Origin: Anaerolineae bacterium | GTDB taxonomy: Bacteria; Chloroflexota; Anaerolineae; UBA4142 | Direction: 5' to 3' | DNA: 43,285 bases | NCBI GenBank assembly: GCA_027457205.1 | Contig: DAIDTM010000108.1 | Location: forward strand, 1-43,285 | In this document: in pieces, positions 26,456-36,097 of the stretch | How the letters are laid out: the number at the start of each line of letters is the position of its first letter | How positions within the stretch are numbered: the first letter of the stretch is position 1 | Program-made: the position numbers and the translations under genes | The notes under the pieces: generated by a model | Database searches by the model: none | What the model was told of the DNA's origin: nothing | What the model saw: the letters and a program-made list of their open reading frames with translations, nothing else

Positions 26456-27235
26456 TTATCCCACATTTCCCTCATGCGCCGCCCGCCGCACCGTCGCCCA
26501 TTGCCACAAGCCCAGCAGCGCCGCAAGCACGACGAACCCAGCGTCCACCACCTGGTCGATCCGCAGCGCACCCACGTACACTGTGTCGTCGCCGCGCTGA
26601 AAGCCTAGCGCAAGATTCGCCGCCGACGCCGCCAGGAGATACGCGATAAACAACGTTCCGGCGCGCGGCGACTGAAACGCGACAATGACCAACCCGATGA
26701 ACAGCAGCACAAACAACGCAATCTCGAAATATTGCAGCGGAAAACGCGGCTGCACCAAGCCGTAGAGATCGGGCAGGTCCACCGCGATCTGGCTGTCGCT
26801 GACGACGCCATAGTTCGCGCCCTGCGCCAGCGCGCCCACCCAGCCAATCGCCTGCCCCAGCGCCAACCCGATTGCTGCCGCGTCCGCGAAATACCAGAAC
26901 GAAATTCGGCGCGCCGCCGCGTAGATCACGAGGGCAACCAGCGCGAGGATAAGCGCGCCGCGCATCGCCAAGCCGCCCAAGCCGGGCTGCGCAATCTCGT
27001 CGAGCCGCGCGGTGTAATAGTCCCAATGCGCGGCGACGTGGTACGCGCGCGCGCCGATCCACCCGACCGCAAAGACGATCACCGCCGCGTCGAGAAAGAC
27101 CGGCAGCGCGGAGGCGCGACGCGACCGCGTCCGTAGAAAAAGATACGCGGCGAGCAGCCCTGCCGGCGCGCCGAGCATGATCATCGCGGTATAAACCGGG
27201 ATTTCGAACCAATTCAAATCAATCGTCGGATGCAT
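26456..27235 (-). CDS. lgt: Prolipoprotein diacylglyceryl transferase
   Basis: 259 aa polytopic membrane protein. IGARAYHVAAHWDYY resembles the conserved Lgt GARLYYV..NW.YY segment. The start is 5 nt downstream of the preceding stop. Confidence 0.8.
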   Translation of the reverse strand: MHPTIDLNWFEIPVYTAMIMLGAPAGLLAAYLFLRTRSRRASALPVFLDAAVIVFAVGWIGARAYHVAAHWDYYTARLDEIAQPGLGGLAMRGALILALVALVIYAAARRISFWYFADAAAIGLALGQAIGWVGALAQGANYGVVSDSQIAVDLPDLYGLVQPRFPLQYFEIALFVLLFIGLVIVAFQSPRAGTLFIAYLLAASAANLALGFQRGDDTVYVGALRIDQVVDAGFVVLAALLGLWQWATVRRAAHEGNVG

Positions 27236-27240
27236 GGGCG

Positions 27241-29754
27241 TTACGCGCGCAACCCTTCGATCAGCCGGACGTACCGGTCTGCCAGCGTCCCCGCGGCTTC
27301 GTCAGTCGCGCCTTCAGTGTAGATGTAAAAGACCGGCTCGTCCGCCGCCGGCACGATCAACGCCAACTCGCGTTCGCCCGACCGGATCCGAATGCCGTCC
27401 ACCTGCTCGACGATGCTGTCTTTGTACTGCTCATTGAGCAACCGCATCACTGTCCCTTTTTGATCCCACGCGCAGGGCACCTGCCGTTGGGCGACGTGAT
27501 ACGCCGGCAGCGCTGCCGCCACATCCACCAACGTCGTCTGCTGAAGCGCGAGAAACTCGAGCATCTTTGCGACCGGAAACATCGCATCAATCAGGCGATG
27601 GAACGACGGCACAATGAACTCTCCCGCGCCGCTCAGCGCGAGCATCGTGTCGTCGCCGGCGACCGCCGCCATCAGTGCTTGTGGATCGATCTTGGTGCGG
27701 CGCACCTGCGCGCCGTACCGCGCCGCGATCTCGTCGAACAATTGCGGCTGATTCGCCATCACCGCAATCGTGCGCGTCGCGCCGTCGGTCTGCGCGCGCA
27801 GCGCGAGTTCGAGGAACGCCGCCGCGGCGGTCGTGCCACTCAATTTCTGTCCTTTGCCATCCACCCACCACACGCGTTCGCCGCTCACGTCCAACCGCAC
27901 GCCGAGATCGGCTTTCACCGCCGCGGTGATCGCGGCGAGCTGATCGATGCCGCGCTGGAACAGATCGCTTGGCACCGCCATTTTCGTTTCATCCATCCGC
28001 TCGTTCAACGCGACCACCGTGCAGCCCAGCTCGCCCAGAATCGTCGGCAGCACCAACGAAGTGGGTGCGCTCGCATAATCTACGACGAGACTAAAGTGCG
28101 CGGCGCGAATCGCCTTGACGTTAAGCGCGTTCAGAAATCCTTCAATGTAGCGGCGCTCCGGCAAGCCGGCGACTTCTTCGATTTGACCCAGGTCGTCGAA
28201 CGAAACGCGCCGGAAATCCTCGCGGAAAAAAATATTCTCGATGCTCCGTTCGCTTGCCTTGCTCAAATTCTGCCCGGCTTTATCGAACAAGCGAATATCA
28301 ACCACGCGCTGGTCGTACGGCGAGAGGCGTACGTGCACACCGCCCGTCGCTCCGCTGACCGCGGTGTAATATCGCGCGACCGGCACCGGCACTGATTCCA
28401 GGTCTTGCACCGAGACGCCCGCCGACGGCAAGCCACTTACCATCGCGCGTTTGATCATTCGCGGCGCGCGGTGCGGATCGCGGTTGATGGTCACGACCGA
28501 TCCCTTTGGCAGCGTCGCGCCGAATGCCGTCGAGAGCCGCGCCGCGAATTCCGGCGTCAGATCGACGTTGACCAAACCGGTCACGCCGTACCGCCCGAAC
28601 AAACTGCGCCGCGCCTGCGCGCCCCAGATGAGACTGGACTTGACCGTCGCGCCGGCTTCCACCTCCTTGTTGGGCCACAGTTTGACGTTGGGATGGATCA
28701 CCGCGCCTTCGCCAACGGTACATTCGTCGCCGATGACCGCGCCTTCGAAGACGACTGATTTGCTCTTCAGACTGCACCGCCGCCCGATGATCGCGCCGCG
28801 CAGGTCCGCGCCTTCGCCGATGTACGAATTTCGCCAGACGATGCTGCGGTCGATGTGTACGCGGTTATCGACGATGGTGAACGGTCGGATCGCCGTCGGT
28901 CCGTGAATGACGACGCCGCCCTTGATGCGCACACCGGTCCCCAAATAGATAGGACCGAACAGCTGCGCGTCCGGCGCGATGTCCACGTCATCTTCCACAT
29001 AGATACCGCCGCCAATGTGCTGTCCCGTTTCACCCAAATTCACTTTCCCCGAAAGCAAATCGCCGGTCGCACGCATATACTCGGCGATATTACCCACGTC
29101 GCACCAATAGCCGTTCGCAACGAAACCGAACAGCGGCGCGCCGCGTTTCATCAACAGCGGAAATAAATCTTTGCTAAAATCGAACGGCGTGCCCGGCTCG
29201 ATGTCGTCGAGCACTTCCGGCGAGATCACGTAAATACCGGTGTTGACCGTATCGGAAATGACTTCGCCCCAGGATGGCTTTTCCAAAAATCGTTCGATGC
29301 GCCCCGCGTCGTCAACGATGATGACGCCGTACTCCAGCGGCGTCGGCACGCGATAGAGCGTGATTGTCACCGCCGCGCCGACGCGCTTGTGAAAATCGAC
29401 AATCTCGGTGAGGTTGAAATCGGTCAGCGCATCGCCGCTGATGATGAGGAACGGCTCGTCGCGCGTGAGGTACTTGTCGGCAAATTTGACCGAGCCGGCA
29501 GTGCCAAGCGGTCGCGGCTCGACCGAATAGTTCATCGTCACGCCGGCGTTCGAGCCATCGCCAAAGAATTTTTCGATGTCGTCGGCGCGATATTGCAGTG
29601 TTGCCACCACGTCGGTGATGTTGTGGCGTTTGAGCAATTCGATGATGTGTCCCATGACCGGACGATTCGCGATGGGCACCATCGGCTTGGGACGATTAAT
29701 GGTCAAGGGTCGCAAACGCGAGCCCTCGCCGCCCGCCATGACAACGGCTTGCAT
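27241..29754 (-). CDS. Bifunctional sugar-1-phosphate nucleotidyltransferase (with left-handed beta-helix) / phosphohexomutase
   Basis: 837 aa. N-terminus [21 protein letters not shown] (NTP-transferase G-loop), hexapeptide-repeat middle, and a phosphomanno/phosphoglucomutase-like C-terminal half. SD AGAGGTG. Confidence 0.9.
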   Translation of the reverse strand: MQAVVMAGGEGSRLRPLTINRPKPMVPIANRPVMGHIIELLKRHNITDVVATLQYRADDIEKFFGDGSNAGVTMNYSVEPRPLGTAGSVKFADKYLTRDEPFLIISGDALTDFNLTEIVDFHKRVGAAVTITLYRVPTPLEYGVIIVDDAGRIERFLEKPSWGEVISDTVNTGIYVISPEVLDDIEPGTPFDFSKDLFPLLMKRGAPLFGFVANGYWCDVGNIAEYMRATGDLLSGKVNLGETGQHIGGGIYVEDDVDIAPDAQLFGPIYLGTGVRIKGGVVIHGPTAIRPFTIVDNRVHIDRSIVWRNSYIGEGADLRGAIIGRRCSLKSKSVVFEGAVIGDECTVGEGAVIHPNVKLWPNKEVEAGATVKSSLIWGAQARRSLFGRYGVTGLVNVDLTPEFAARLSTAFGATLPKGSVVTINRDPHRAPRMIKRAMVSGLPSAGVSVQDLESVPVPVARYYTAVSGATGGVHVRLSPYDQRVVDIRLFDKAGQNLSKASERSIENIFFREDFRRVSFDDLGQIEEVAGLPERRYIEGFLNALNVKAIRAAHFSLVVDYASAPTSLVLPTILGELGCTVVALNERMDETKMAVPSDLFQRGIDQLAAITAAVKADLGVRLDVSGERVWWVDGKGQKLSGTTAAAAFLELALRAQTDGATRTIAVMANQPQLFDEIAARYGAQVRRTKIDPQALMAAVAGDDTMLALSGAGEFIVPSFHRLIDAMFPVAKMLEFLALQQTTLVDVAAALPAYHVAQRQVPCAWDQKGTVMRLLNEQYKDSIVEQVDGIRIRSGERELALIVPAADEPVFYIYTEGATDEAAGTLADRYVRLIEGLRA

Positions 29755-29766
29755 TCAACACCTCTT

Positions 29767-29852
29767 GTTTCAGCTGGTTGCATGTTGTGTGAGGTGTTTC
29801 AAATTGCTCAACACCATGAAACCATTTGAAACACTGTGAAACGATATTGAAC
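29767..29852 (-). promoter_or_regulatory. Array of helically phased TGAAAC/GTTTCA hexamers upstream of the nucleotidyltransferase/mutase gene
   Basis: TGAAAC at 29817, 29827 and 29837 (exact 10-bp spacing). TGAAC at 29848. Inverted GTTTCA at 29767 and 29796. All lie in the 97-nt gap upstream of ATG 29754. Confidence 0.4.
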
Positions 29853-30118
29853 TATTCGTCTTTTCCCGCTTCCACCGCCGCGGTCGCAATCGCCCAGGCG
29901 ATGAGTCCCCAGCTGCCGCCAGCCAGCACGACCACCAACAAGACCGAACGCAGGTTGATCGGCGTCGCGTCCGCGTTGCGCGCCATTCCAAAAATCGAAA
30001 GTCCGATCGCGATGAGCGCGGCGATCACGCCGATGAGCACCGGCCCGTGCAGCACGCCGCGGACACGCGACCAGAGCGAAGCCGGCGGCGCCGCTGGTTT
30101 GTTCGTCTCTTCTGTCAT
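29852..30118 (-). CDS. Small two-TM membrane protein, hypothetical
   Basis: 88 aa. AAGGA lies 7 nt before the ATG. GC-rich third codon positions. Two hydrophobic helices (VLIGVIAALIAIGLSIFG and LLVVVLAGGSWGLIAWAIA). Confidence 0.5.
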   Translation of the reverse strand: MTEETNKPAAPPASLWSRVRGVLHGPVLIGVIAALIAIGLSIFGMARNADATPINLRSVLLVVVLAGGSWGLIAWAIATAAVEAGKDE

Positions 30119-30256
30119 CGTTCATTCCTTTCGTGCGAAAGAATTCCCGAGTCGCTGGCGGAATTATACATCACGCGCGTAAAAGACGCAAGAAGATTAC
30201 CCAATTTTGGAGAAACCTGATATAATCAGCCGCGATTCCAAAGCGAGGACCGCTTA

Positions 30257-31099
30257 ATGAAAATCGCAATAACCGGCGGGCGCGGACAACTGGGGCGCAC
30301 GTTGGAAACCACGCTCCACACTCGACACCAAATCATTGGTCTCGATTTACCGGAAACCGACGTCACCCAACGCGACGCGATCGACGCCCTCGCCCACCTC
30401 GCGCCCGATTTGGTGATTCACGCCGCCGCGATGACCGATGTGGATGGCTGCGCGCGCAATCCGGACGCCGCGTTCCGCGCGAACGCGCTCGGCACACAGA
30501 ACGTCGCGCTCGCGTGTCAGCGCGCCGGCGCGCCGATGCTGTACATCAGTACGAACGAAGTGTTCGACGGGACCAAGAACGCGCCATACCGCGAACTCGA
30601 CGAGCCGCGCGCGATCAATCCGTACGGCGCGTCGAAACTGGCAGGCGAGCGCTACGTCCAGATGCTGTTGGATCGATTCTACATTGTGCGCATCGCCTGG
30701 CTCTACTCGCCCGGCAACGCAAACACCTTCCCAAGCAAGATTCTCGCCGCCGCGAAACAGAACGACGGTCTCACCGTCGTCGACGACGAGATCGGCAATC
30801 CCACCTACGCGCCCGACCTGGCGCGCGCGATCGCGGAACTGATCGAAACGAATCACTTTGGTATTTACCATCTCGTCGGCGAGGGCATCGCGTCACGGTA
30901 CGATTGGGCGGCGCGCATTCTGCAACTTGCTGGACGGGGGCATATTCCCATCACGCGCAGCAAGCTGGCGGACTATCCACGCGCGTCGACGCCGCCGCGC
31001 TACGGCGCGCTCGCGAACTTTGCCGCCGCGACGACGCTGGGTATCAAGTTGCGTCCGTGGCAAGACGCGCTGGAAGAGTACTTTACGTCACACCGTTGA
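30257..31099 (+). CDS. rfbD: dTDP-4-dehydrorhamnose reductase
   Basis: 280 aa. MKIAITGGRGQLG, ...YISTNEVFDG..., YGASKLAGE (the YxxxK motif). Confidence 0.9.
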   Translation: MKIAITGGRGQLGRTLETTLHTRHQIIGLDLPETDVTQRDAIDALAHLAPDLVIHAAAMTDVDGCARNPDAAFRANALGTQNVALACQRAGAPMLYISTNEVFDGTKNAPYRELDEPRAINPYGASKLAGERYVQMLLDRFYIVRIAWLYSPGNANTFPSKILAAAKQNDGLTVVDDEIGNPTYAPDLARAIAELIETNHFGIYHLVGEGIASRYDWAARILQLAGRGHIPITRSKLADYPRASTPPRYGALANFAAATTLGIKLRPWQDALEEYFTSHR

Positions 31100-31159
31100 A
31101 CCGCAAAGAACGCAGAGACCGCACGGATTTTTCTATTTTTCTTGGCGTCCTTTGCGGTT
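31099..31159. repeat. REP-like palindromic element / possible terminator
   Basis: 10-bp inverted repeat AACCGCAAAG (31099-31108) / CTTTGCGGTT (31150-31159) around a 41-nt spacer. It gives the familiar spurious peptide ...NRKERRDRTDFSIFLGVLCG. Confidence 0.45.
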
Positions 31160-31161
31160 AA

Positions 31162-32103
31162 ATGTTCTCTAAAATGATGACTGTAATAATACCGAACTGG
31201 AACGGCTTGCGCCTTCTCCCCACCTGCCTCAACGCTTTGCGTCAGCAAACCTACCGCGATTTTGAAACGATCGTCGTGGACAATGGCTCGACCGATGGCT
31301 CGCGCGAGCTCATCGCGCGCGAGTACGCCGAAGCGCGCGTCGTCGCGCTCGATTCGAACCGCGGCTTTGCGCCGGCAGTCAACGCGGGCATCCGCGCCGC
31401 GCGCGGCGATGTCGTCGTCTTGCTGAACAATGACACGGAAGCCGATCCGCATTGGCTGGAAGAGATCGCGCGTGCGCTGAACGAGAACCCGCGCGCCGGG
31501 ATGGTCGCGTGCAAACTGCGCCTGTTCGACCAGCGCGATCACCTCCACAGCGCGGGCGATTTCTACCGCGTCGATGGCATCCCCGGCAACCGCGGCGTAT
31601 GGGAAGAAGATCGCGGGCAGTACGACGATGCGCGCGGCGTCTTCGGCGCATGCGGCGGCGCAGCGGCGTACCGCAAAGCCATGCTCGACGAGATTGGCGG
31701 GTTCGACGAGGCGCTGGGCAGTTACTGCGAGGATGTGGATTTGAACTGGCGCGCGCGACTCGCCGGCTACGCGGTCGCCTACGCGCCGCGCGCGATGGTC
31801 TACCACATGGTCAGCGCGACCGGCGGCGGCGCGATCGCGAGTTTTTTCGTCGGACGCAATTTTATTTGGCTGCTGGCAAAGAATTATCCGGCGGCGCTCT
31901 GGAGAAAGCACTGGCAGAAAATTCTCGGGGCGCAGTTGCGGATCACCCAAGACGCCTTGGTGAATTTTCGCGGCGCAGCGGCGCGCGCGCGTCTGCGCGG
32001 ACAAATCGCCGGCGTCCTCGGCTTGCAGCGCTGGTTGAAACGGCGCGGACAAGTGATCCGCCGCGTAAGTGACGCCGAGATCGAAGCGGTATTGGCGCCG
32101 TGA
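31162..32103 (+). CDS. Family 2 glycosyltransferase
   Basis: 313 aa. VIIPNWNG...TIVVDNGSTDGS...LLNNDTE... are the GT2 signatures. Confidence 0.9.
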   Translation: MFSKMMTVIIPNWNGLRLLPTCLNALRQQTYRDFETIVVDNGSTDGSRELIAREYAEARVVALDSNRGFAPAVNAGIRAARGDVVVLLNNDTEADPHWLEEIARALNENPRAGMVACKLRLFDQRDHLHSAGDFYRVDGIPGNRGVWEEDRGQYDDARGVFGACGGAAAYRKAMLDEIGGFDEALGSYCEDVDLNWRARLAGYAVAYAPRAMVYHMVSATGGGAIASFFVGRNFIWLLAKNYPAALWRKHWQKILGAQLRITQDALVNFRGAAARARLRGQIAGVLGLQRWLKRRGQVIRRVSDAEIEAVLAP

Positions 32104-32813
32104 AATTATCCATCCTCGAAAACGAAACCGACAACGACAAATCCAAGCGCGCGTTTGCGTCGCGCATCATCTCCGCGTACCCCGGCTTGATCCAACTCTA
32201 CGCGTTCGTCCGCTTTAAGATCATCCACATTCGCTTCCTCGAAGAGATCGAACAGTACCTGCCCAATCGCGGCGAGATTCTCGACCTGGGCTGCGGCTTT
32301 GGACTCTTTGCGATGTACATCGCGCTGTGCAAGCCGGAGGCGCAGATCATCGGTCTCGATCACGACGCGCGACGATTGCAGATGGCGCGCGACGCCGCAG
32401 CGAAACTGGGCATTCGCAACGTTTCTTTCCGCCAAGAGGATTTGCGTGCCTGGCGACCCGATCAAGTCATCGCCGGCGCGTACGCGCTCGACGTGTTCCA
32501 CCACATTCCGCCAGCCAGCGGCGACCGGCTCCTCTGCGACTTGTTCGCGCACATCGAGCCGGGCGGTCGTTTTCTGCTCAAGGATATCGACACGCTGCCG
32601 CGCGGGATGCTCTGGTTCACCTACCTGCTCGACGCGCTGATGTCGCCGCGCGATGATTTTCATTATCGCTCCGCCGGCGCGTGGCAGCGGCAACTCAGCG
32701 CGAGCGGCTTTGCGCCCATTCACTTACACTATCTCTGGGACATTCTGCCGTACCCGCATATTCTGCTCATTTGCGATAAACCGGCGCGCGAGGGAATAGC
32801 GGATGACCGGTAA
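32100..32813 (+). CDS. Class I SAM-dependent methyltransferase
   Basis: 237 aa. The GTG start overlaps the upstream stop (GTGA). Motif I is ILDLGCGFGLFA, followed by ...IIGLDHD... Confidence 0.8.
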   Translation: MKLSILENETDNDKSKRAFASRIISAYPGLIQLYAFVRFKIIHIRFLEEIEQYLPNRGEILDLGCGFGLFAMYIALCKPEAQIIGLDHDARRLQMARDAAAKLGIRNVSFRQEDLRAWRPDQVIAGAYALDVFHHIPPASGDRLLCDLFAHIEPGGRFLLKDIDTLPRGMLWFTYLLDALMSPRDDFHYRSAGAWQRQLSASGFAPIHLHYLWDILPYPHILLICDKPAREGIADDR

Positions 32814-35208
32814 TTCGCGCGTGTGGAAGGTCGCCTTGCTCGCGCTCGTTCTATTCGCGTTCGCGCTGCGGATGGCGCAGATCGGGCAACTGCGAATGTG
32901 GGGCGACGAAGGGTTCAGCGTCTACTCTGCCAACCGCGACCTCGTTTCCATTTCGTTCGCCAGCCAAGCCGTCGATCCGCATCCGCCGCTGTACTATTAT
33001 CTCCTTCACTTTTATCTGCCGCTCGCCGGCTTTTCCGAACTATCGATCCGTTTCTTCTCTGTGTTCTTCGGCGTCGCGACGGTCGCGTTGATCTTTGCCA
33101 TCGGCAAAACGATGTTCGACGCGCGCGTCGGCATCGTCGCCGCCGCGCTCGCCGCGATCGCGCCCTTCGGCGTGCAGTACTCGCAAGAAGTGCGAATGTA
33201 CGCGCAGGTGATGTTCCTCGGCGCGCTCGCGCTGTGGTTCTTTTGGCGAATTGCAAATCGCGAATTAGGAAAAACGAAACCCGGACGCGCCGCTGCATCG
33301 GACTCGGCTCTTCACCATTCGCCACTCGCCACTCGCAATTCGCTTTGGCGCGGTTTTTTCGCCGCGATGCTCGTCACGCAGTACTCGCTGTACCAGTCCG
33401 CTTTCCTCTTCGTCGCGGAAGGAATCTTTCTACTGCCGTTCCTCAAGCGCCGTTTTGGATTCATCGCACGCTGGCTCGCCGTCTCGCTCACGATTGTCGT
33501 GCTGTTTCTGCCGTGGCTATTCACTCACTCCGGCAGCGCGTTCACCGACGTGAAGAATGTAGCGGGCGATACCGTGCCGATGAGCTTGCTGACGTTTCTC
33601 TGGCGCGGCTTTGCCGCCATCTCGGTCGGTCCCACAATTCCGCTGAACAACGCACTGATGCTCGCCGCGCTGATCGCGGCAGTGATTGCGATCGGGCTAA
33701 TCGCCGCGCTCGTCACGCGCGCGGCAAAGTTGAACGATTGGCTGCTCGTCGTGTTCGTCATCGTCCCGATGGCATCGCTGTATCCCATCTACTTTTTCGC
33801 GCCACTCTACCGCGGACGTTTGTTCGCCGTCTCGTTCGTGCCGTTGATGCTGCTGCTGGCGCGCAGCGCGACGTTGATCGCTTCACGCGCGCGGGTGCTG
33901 GCGATTCCGATCGGGCTGCTGCTCGTCGGCGCGTCGGCGTACTCGCTGGACAGTTATTATTTCCATTACGACCGCTACAGCGCGACAGTGGAAGATTACA
34001 TCCCGGCAATTCACGCGATTGAACAGCGCGCACAGCCCGGCGACGAAGTGCTGTTTCTCGCGTATTGGCAGCAAGGGTATTTTCTCAGCCACTATCACGG
34101 CGCGCCGCTGATCTACGGCTCGCTCGACAGCCGCAGCGATCTTCAAGCGGCGGTGAGTCAGCCGCGTAATGTCTGGGCGATCGTGCAGGCGCTGCCGCAT
34201 CACGCCGCGGAAGATTGGCTGGCGCAACACGCGTTTCCACTCGGCGAGGAAGATTTCGGACAGATGCGCGTGCTCTCGTATCGCGCCGGCACGCCGCCGC
34301 GCGGCGAAACGTTCGCCGCGCCGGTGATGTTCGACAACGGGATGCGGCTGCTGGGCGATCACATCAACGACGCGCCGGTCGAGTCCGGCCGCGGCATCGT
34401 CACCGTCCAACTCGATTGGCAAGCCGCACAAAAAATCGCGGACGATTATATCGTCAGCGTTCGCCTCACAGATCCGCGCGGCGAGGTCGTCTGGGCGCAG
34501 GCAGACAGCCAGCCATCGAGCGGCACACAGCCAACGTCGTCGTGGCAGCCCGGTCAAACCATCACAGACCGCCACGTCTTACTGACGCCCGCCGGCACGC
34601 CGCCAGGGACGTACGCGATCCAGGTCGCGGTATTCAAATCGCCGGGCGGCAGCGCAGTGAGTATCGTCGCGCCGGAAAATCGGCGCGGCGCAACGATCAC
34701 GCTCGGCGACATCTCCGTCATCCTGCCCACGGCTGCGGTTGCCGCGCCGTTGATTCCCAACGCGTTCGACGCGCAATGGAACGAGATCGCGCTTGTCGGT
34801 TTTGCCGCGAACGCGGATACTGTCGCGCCGGGCGGTACGCTGCCGCTAGCGCTCTACTGGCAGGCGCGGCAGAAACCGGCGCACGATTATCGCGTTCACG
34901 TGCTGCTGATCGATTCCGCCGGCGCATGGCGCGCGTCGAACATCCATCGCCTGGCAAACGACGCGTTCCCAACGCGCGCGTGGACGCCGGGCGACGTCTG
35001 GCTCGACAAATTCCAATTGCGCGTCGATCCATGTGCTGCGCTCGGCGACGCGCGCGTCGTTGTTTTCCTGACGGACGAAGCGTCGGACGAAACGCTGCCG
35101 CTCCGAACAAACGCGCCGACGCGCGATCTGGAAATCAAAGGGTTTGTCTCATCGTCGAACATGCTGATCCATGCCGTGCAAGTCACGACGACGAAGATTG
35201 TTCCATAG
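32803..35208 (+). CDS. Polytopic membrane glycosyltransferase of the GT39/GT83 (PMT/ArnT-like) type with a large C-terminal extracytoplasmic domain
   Basis: 801 aa. The N-terminal loop MWGDEGFSVYSA...DPHPPLYYYLLH is the DE-type motif of GT-C enzymes. More than 10 predicted TM helices, then about 330 aa of soluble sequence. Confidence 0.85.
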   Translation: MTGNSRVWKVALLALVLFAFALRMAQIGQLRMWGDEGFSVYSANRDLVSISFASQAVDPHPPLYYYLLHFYLPLAGFSELSIRFFSVFFGVATVALIFAIGKTMFDARVGIVAAALAAIAPFGVQYSQEVRMYAQVMFLGALALWFFWRIANRELGKTKPGRAAASDSALHHSPLATRNSLWRGFFAAMLVTQYSLYQSAFLFVAEGIFLLPFLKRRFGFIARWLAVSLTIVVLFLPWLFTHSGSAFTDVKNVAGDTVPMSLLTFLWRGFAAISVGPTIPLNNALMLAALIAAVIAIGLIAALVTRAAKLNDWLLVVFVIVPMASLYPIYFFAPLYRGRLFAVSFVPLMLLLARSATLIASRARVLAIPIGLLLVGASAYSLDSYYFHYDRYSATVEDYIPAIHAIEQRAQPGDEVLFLAYWQQGYFLSHYHGAPLIYGSLDSRSDLQAAVSQPRNVWAIVQALPHHAAEDWLAQHAFPLGEEDFGQMRVLSYRAGTPPRGETFAAPVMFDNGMRLLGDHINDAPVESGRGIVTVQLDWQAAQKIADDYIVSVRLTDPRGEVVWAQADSQPSSGTQPTSSWQPGQTITDRHVLLTPAGTPPGTYAIQVAVFKSPGGSAVSIVAPENRRGATITLGDISVILPTAAVAAPLIPNAFDAQWNEIALVGFAANADTVAPGGTLPLALYWQARQKPAHDYRVHVLLIDSAGAWRASNIHRLANDAFPTRAWTPGDVWLDKFQLRVDPCAALGDARVVVFLTDEASDETLPLRTNAPTRDLEIKGFVSSSNMLIHAVQVTTTKIVP

Positions 35209-35211
35209 CGT

Positions 35212-35239
35212 TTGTGTTTTTCATTTTTTCTGATAGAAT
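35212..35239 (+). promoter_or_regulatory. Putative promoter upstream of the polyprenol-phosphate glycosyltransferase gene
   Basis: TTGTGT (35212-35217), 16 nt, TGaTAGAAT with the extended -10 (TAGAAT = 35234-35239). Confidence 0.35.
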
Positions 35240-35295
35240 AAGCCCGCATCTTCTTTTTGGAGTAGCGCGCCATTAGCGAACGTCCATTTCTCTCC

Positions 35296-36036
35296 GTGGT
35301 CATCCCCGCCTACAACGAGGAGCGCCGCCTGCCGCAGACGCTGCAAAGCGTCGCCGAGTTTCTCACGCGCCAGTCCTATCTCAGCGAAGTGATTATCGTG
35401 GACGATGGCAGCGTCGACCACACCACCCAAGTCGTCGAGTCGTTCCGCGCCCAGCACCCGATGATCACGCTCATTCGCAACGATCATCGCGGCAAGGGCT
35501 ACGCGGTGCGTACCGGTATGCTCGCGGCGAGTGGGCACATCGTCTTATTCTCCGATGCGGACTTGTCGACGCCAATCGAAGAAGTCGCCAAGTTACTGCC
35601 CTGGTTCGAGCGCGGTTACGGCATCGTCATCGGCTCGCGCGAAGGCAGTGGCGCCAGACGTATCAAAGAACCGTTTTATCGACACCTGATGGGGCGCGTA
35701 TTCAATCTGGTCGTACGCCTGCTGACGGTGCACGGCATCGAGGATACGCAATGCGGCTTCAAGGCGTTCCGCGACGATGTAGCACACGAGGTTTTCGCGC
35801 GCACGCATTTGTACCGCGACGGCTCCCAGCGCGTCGCCGGCGCGATGGTCACCGCCTACGACGTCGAAGTGTTATTTCTCGGACAACGGCTGGGATACAA
35901 GATCAAAGAAGTGCCGGTCGAGTGGCGCTACGGAACAGAATCGAAAGTCAATCCGCTGCGGGATTCCTGGCGCAACTTTCGGGACGTGGTGATGGTGCGG
36001 TGGAATGACTGGCGGGGAAGGTACGCGGTCAAGTAG
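35296..36036 (+). CDS. GT2 polyprenol/dolichol-phosphate hexosyltransferase-like glycosyltransferase
   Basis: 246 aa with a GTG start. VVIPAYNEE...VIIVDDGSVDHT...LFSDADLSTP...DTQCGFKAF. Confidence 0.9.
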   Translation: MVIPAYNEERRLPQTLQSVAEFLTRQSYLSEVIIVDDGSVDHTTQVVESFRAQHPMITLIRNDHRGKGYAVRTGMLAASGHIVLFSDADLSTPIEEVAKLLPWFERGYGIVIGSREGSGARRIKEPFYRHLMGRVFNLVVRLLTVHGIEDTQCGFKAFRDDVAHEVFARTHLYRDGSQRVAGAMVTAYDVEVLFLGQRLGYKIKEVPVEWRYGTESKVNPLRDSWRNFRDVVMVRWNDWRGRYAVK

Positions 36037-36097
36037 GGAACAGTTGCCGTTTCGTCAGACCCTGTTGCGGCAGTGTTTTCTATCCATAGCAAACTGT

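Noticed and set aside
31000-32052. 350-aa minus-strand ORF opposite the GT2 gene. Similar cases: 1357..2280, 3309..4124, 4702..5262, 26472..27212, 33883..34575, and the alternate-frame plus ORFs 4869..5675, 30514..31161, 32823..34022, 34215..35276, 37402..38394, 41900..42853
   Set aside because: All overlap well-supported genes. All have the Arg/Gly/Ala/Pro bias expected from off-frame translation of GC-rich coding sequence. None has independent start signals.
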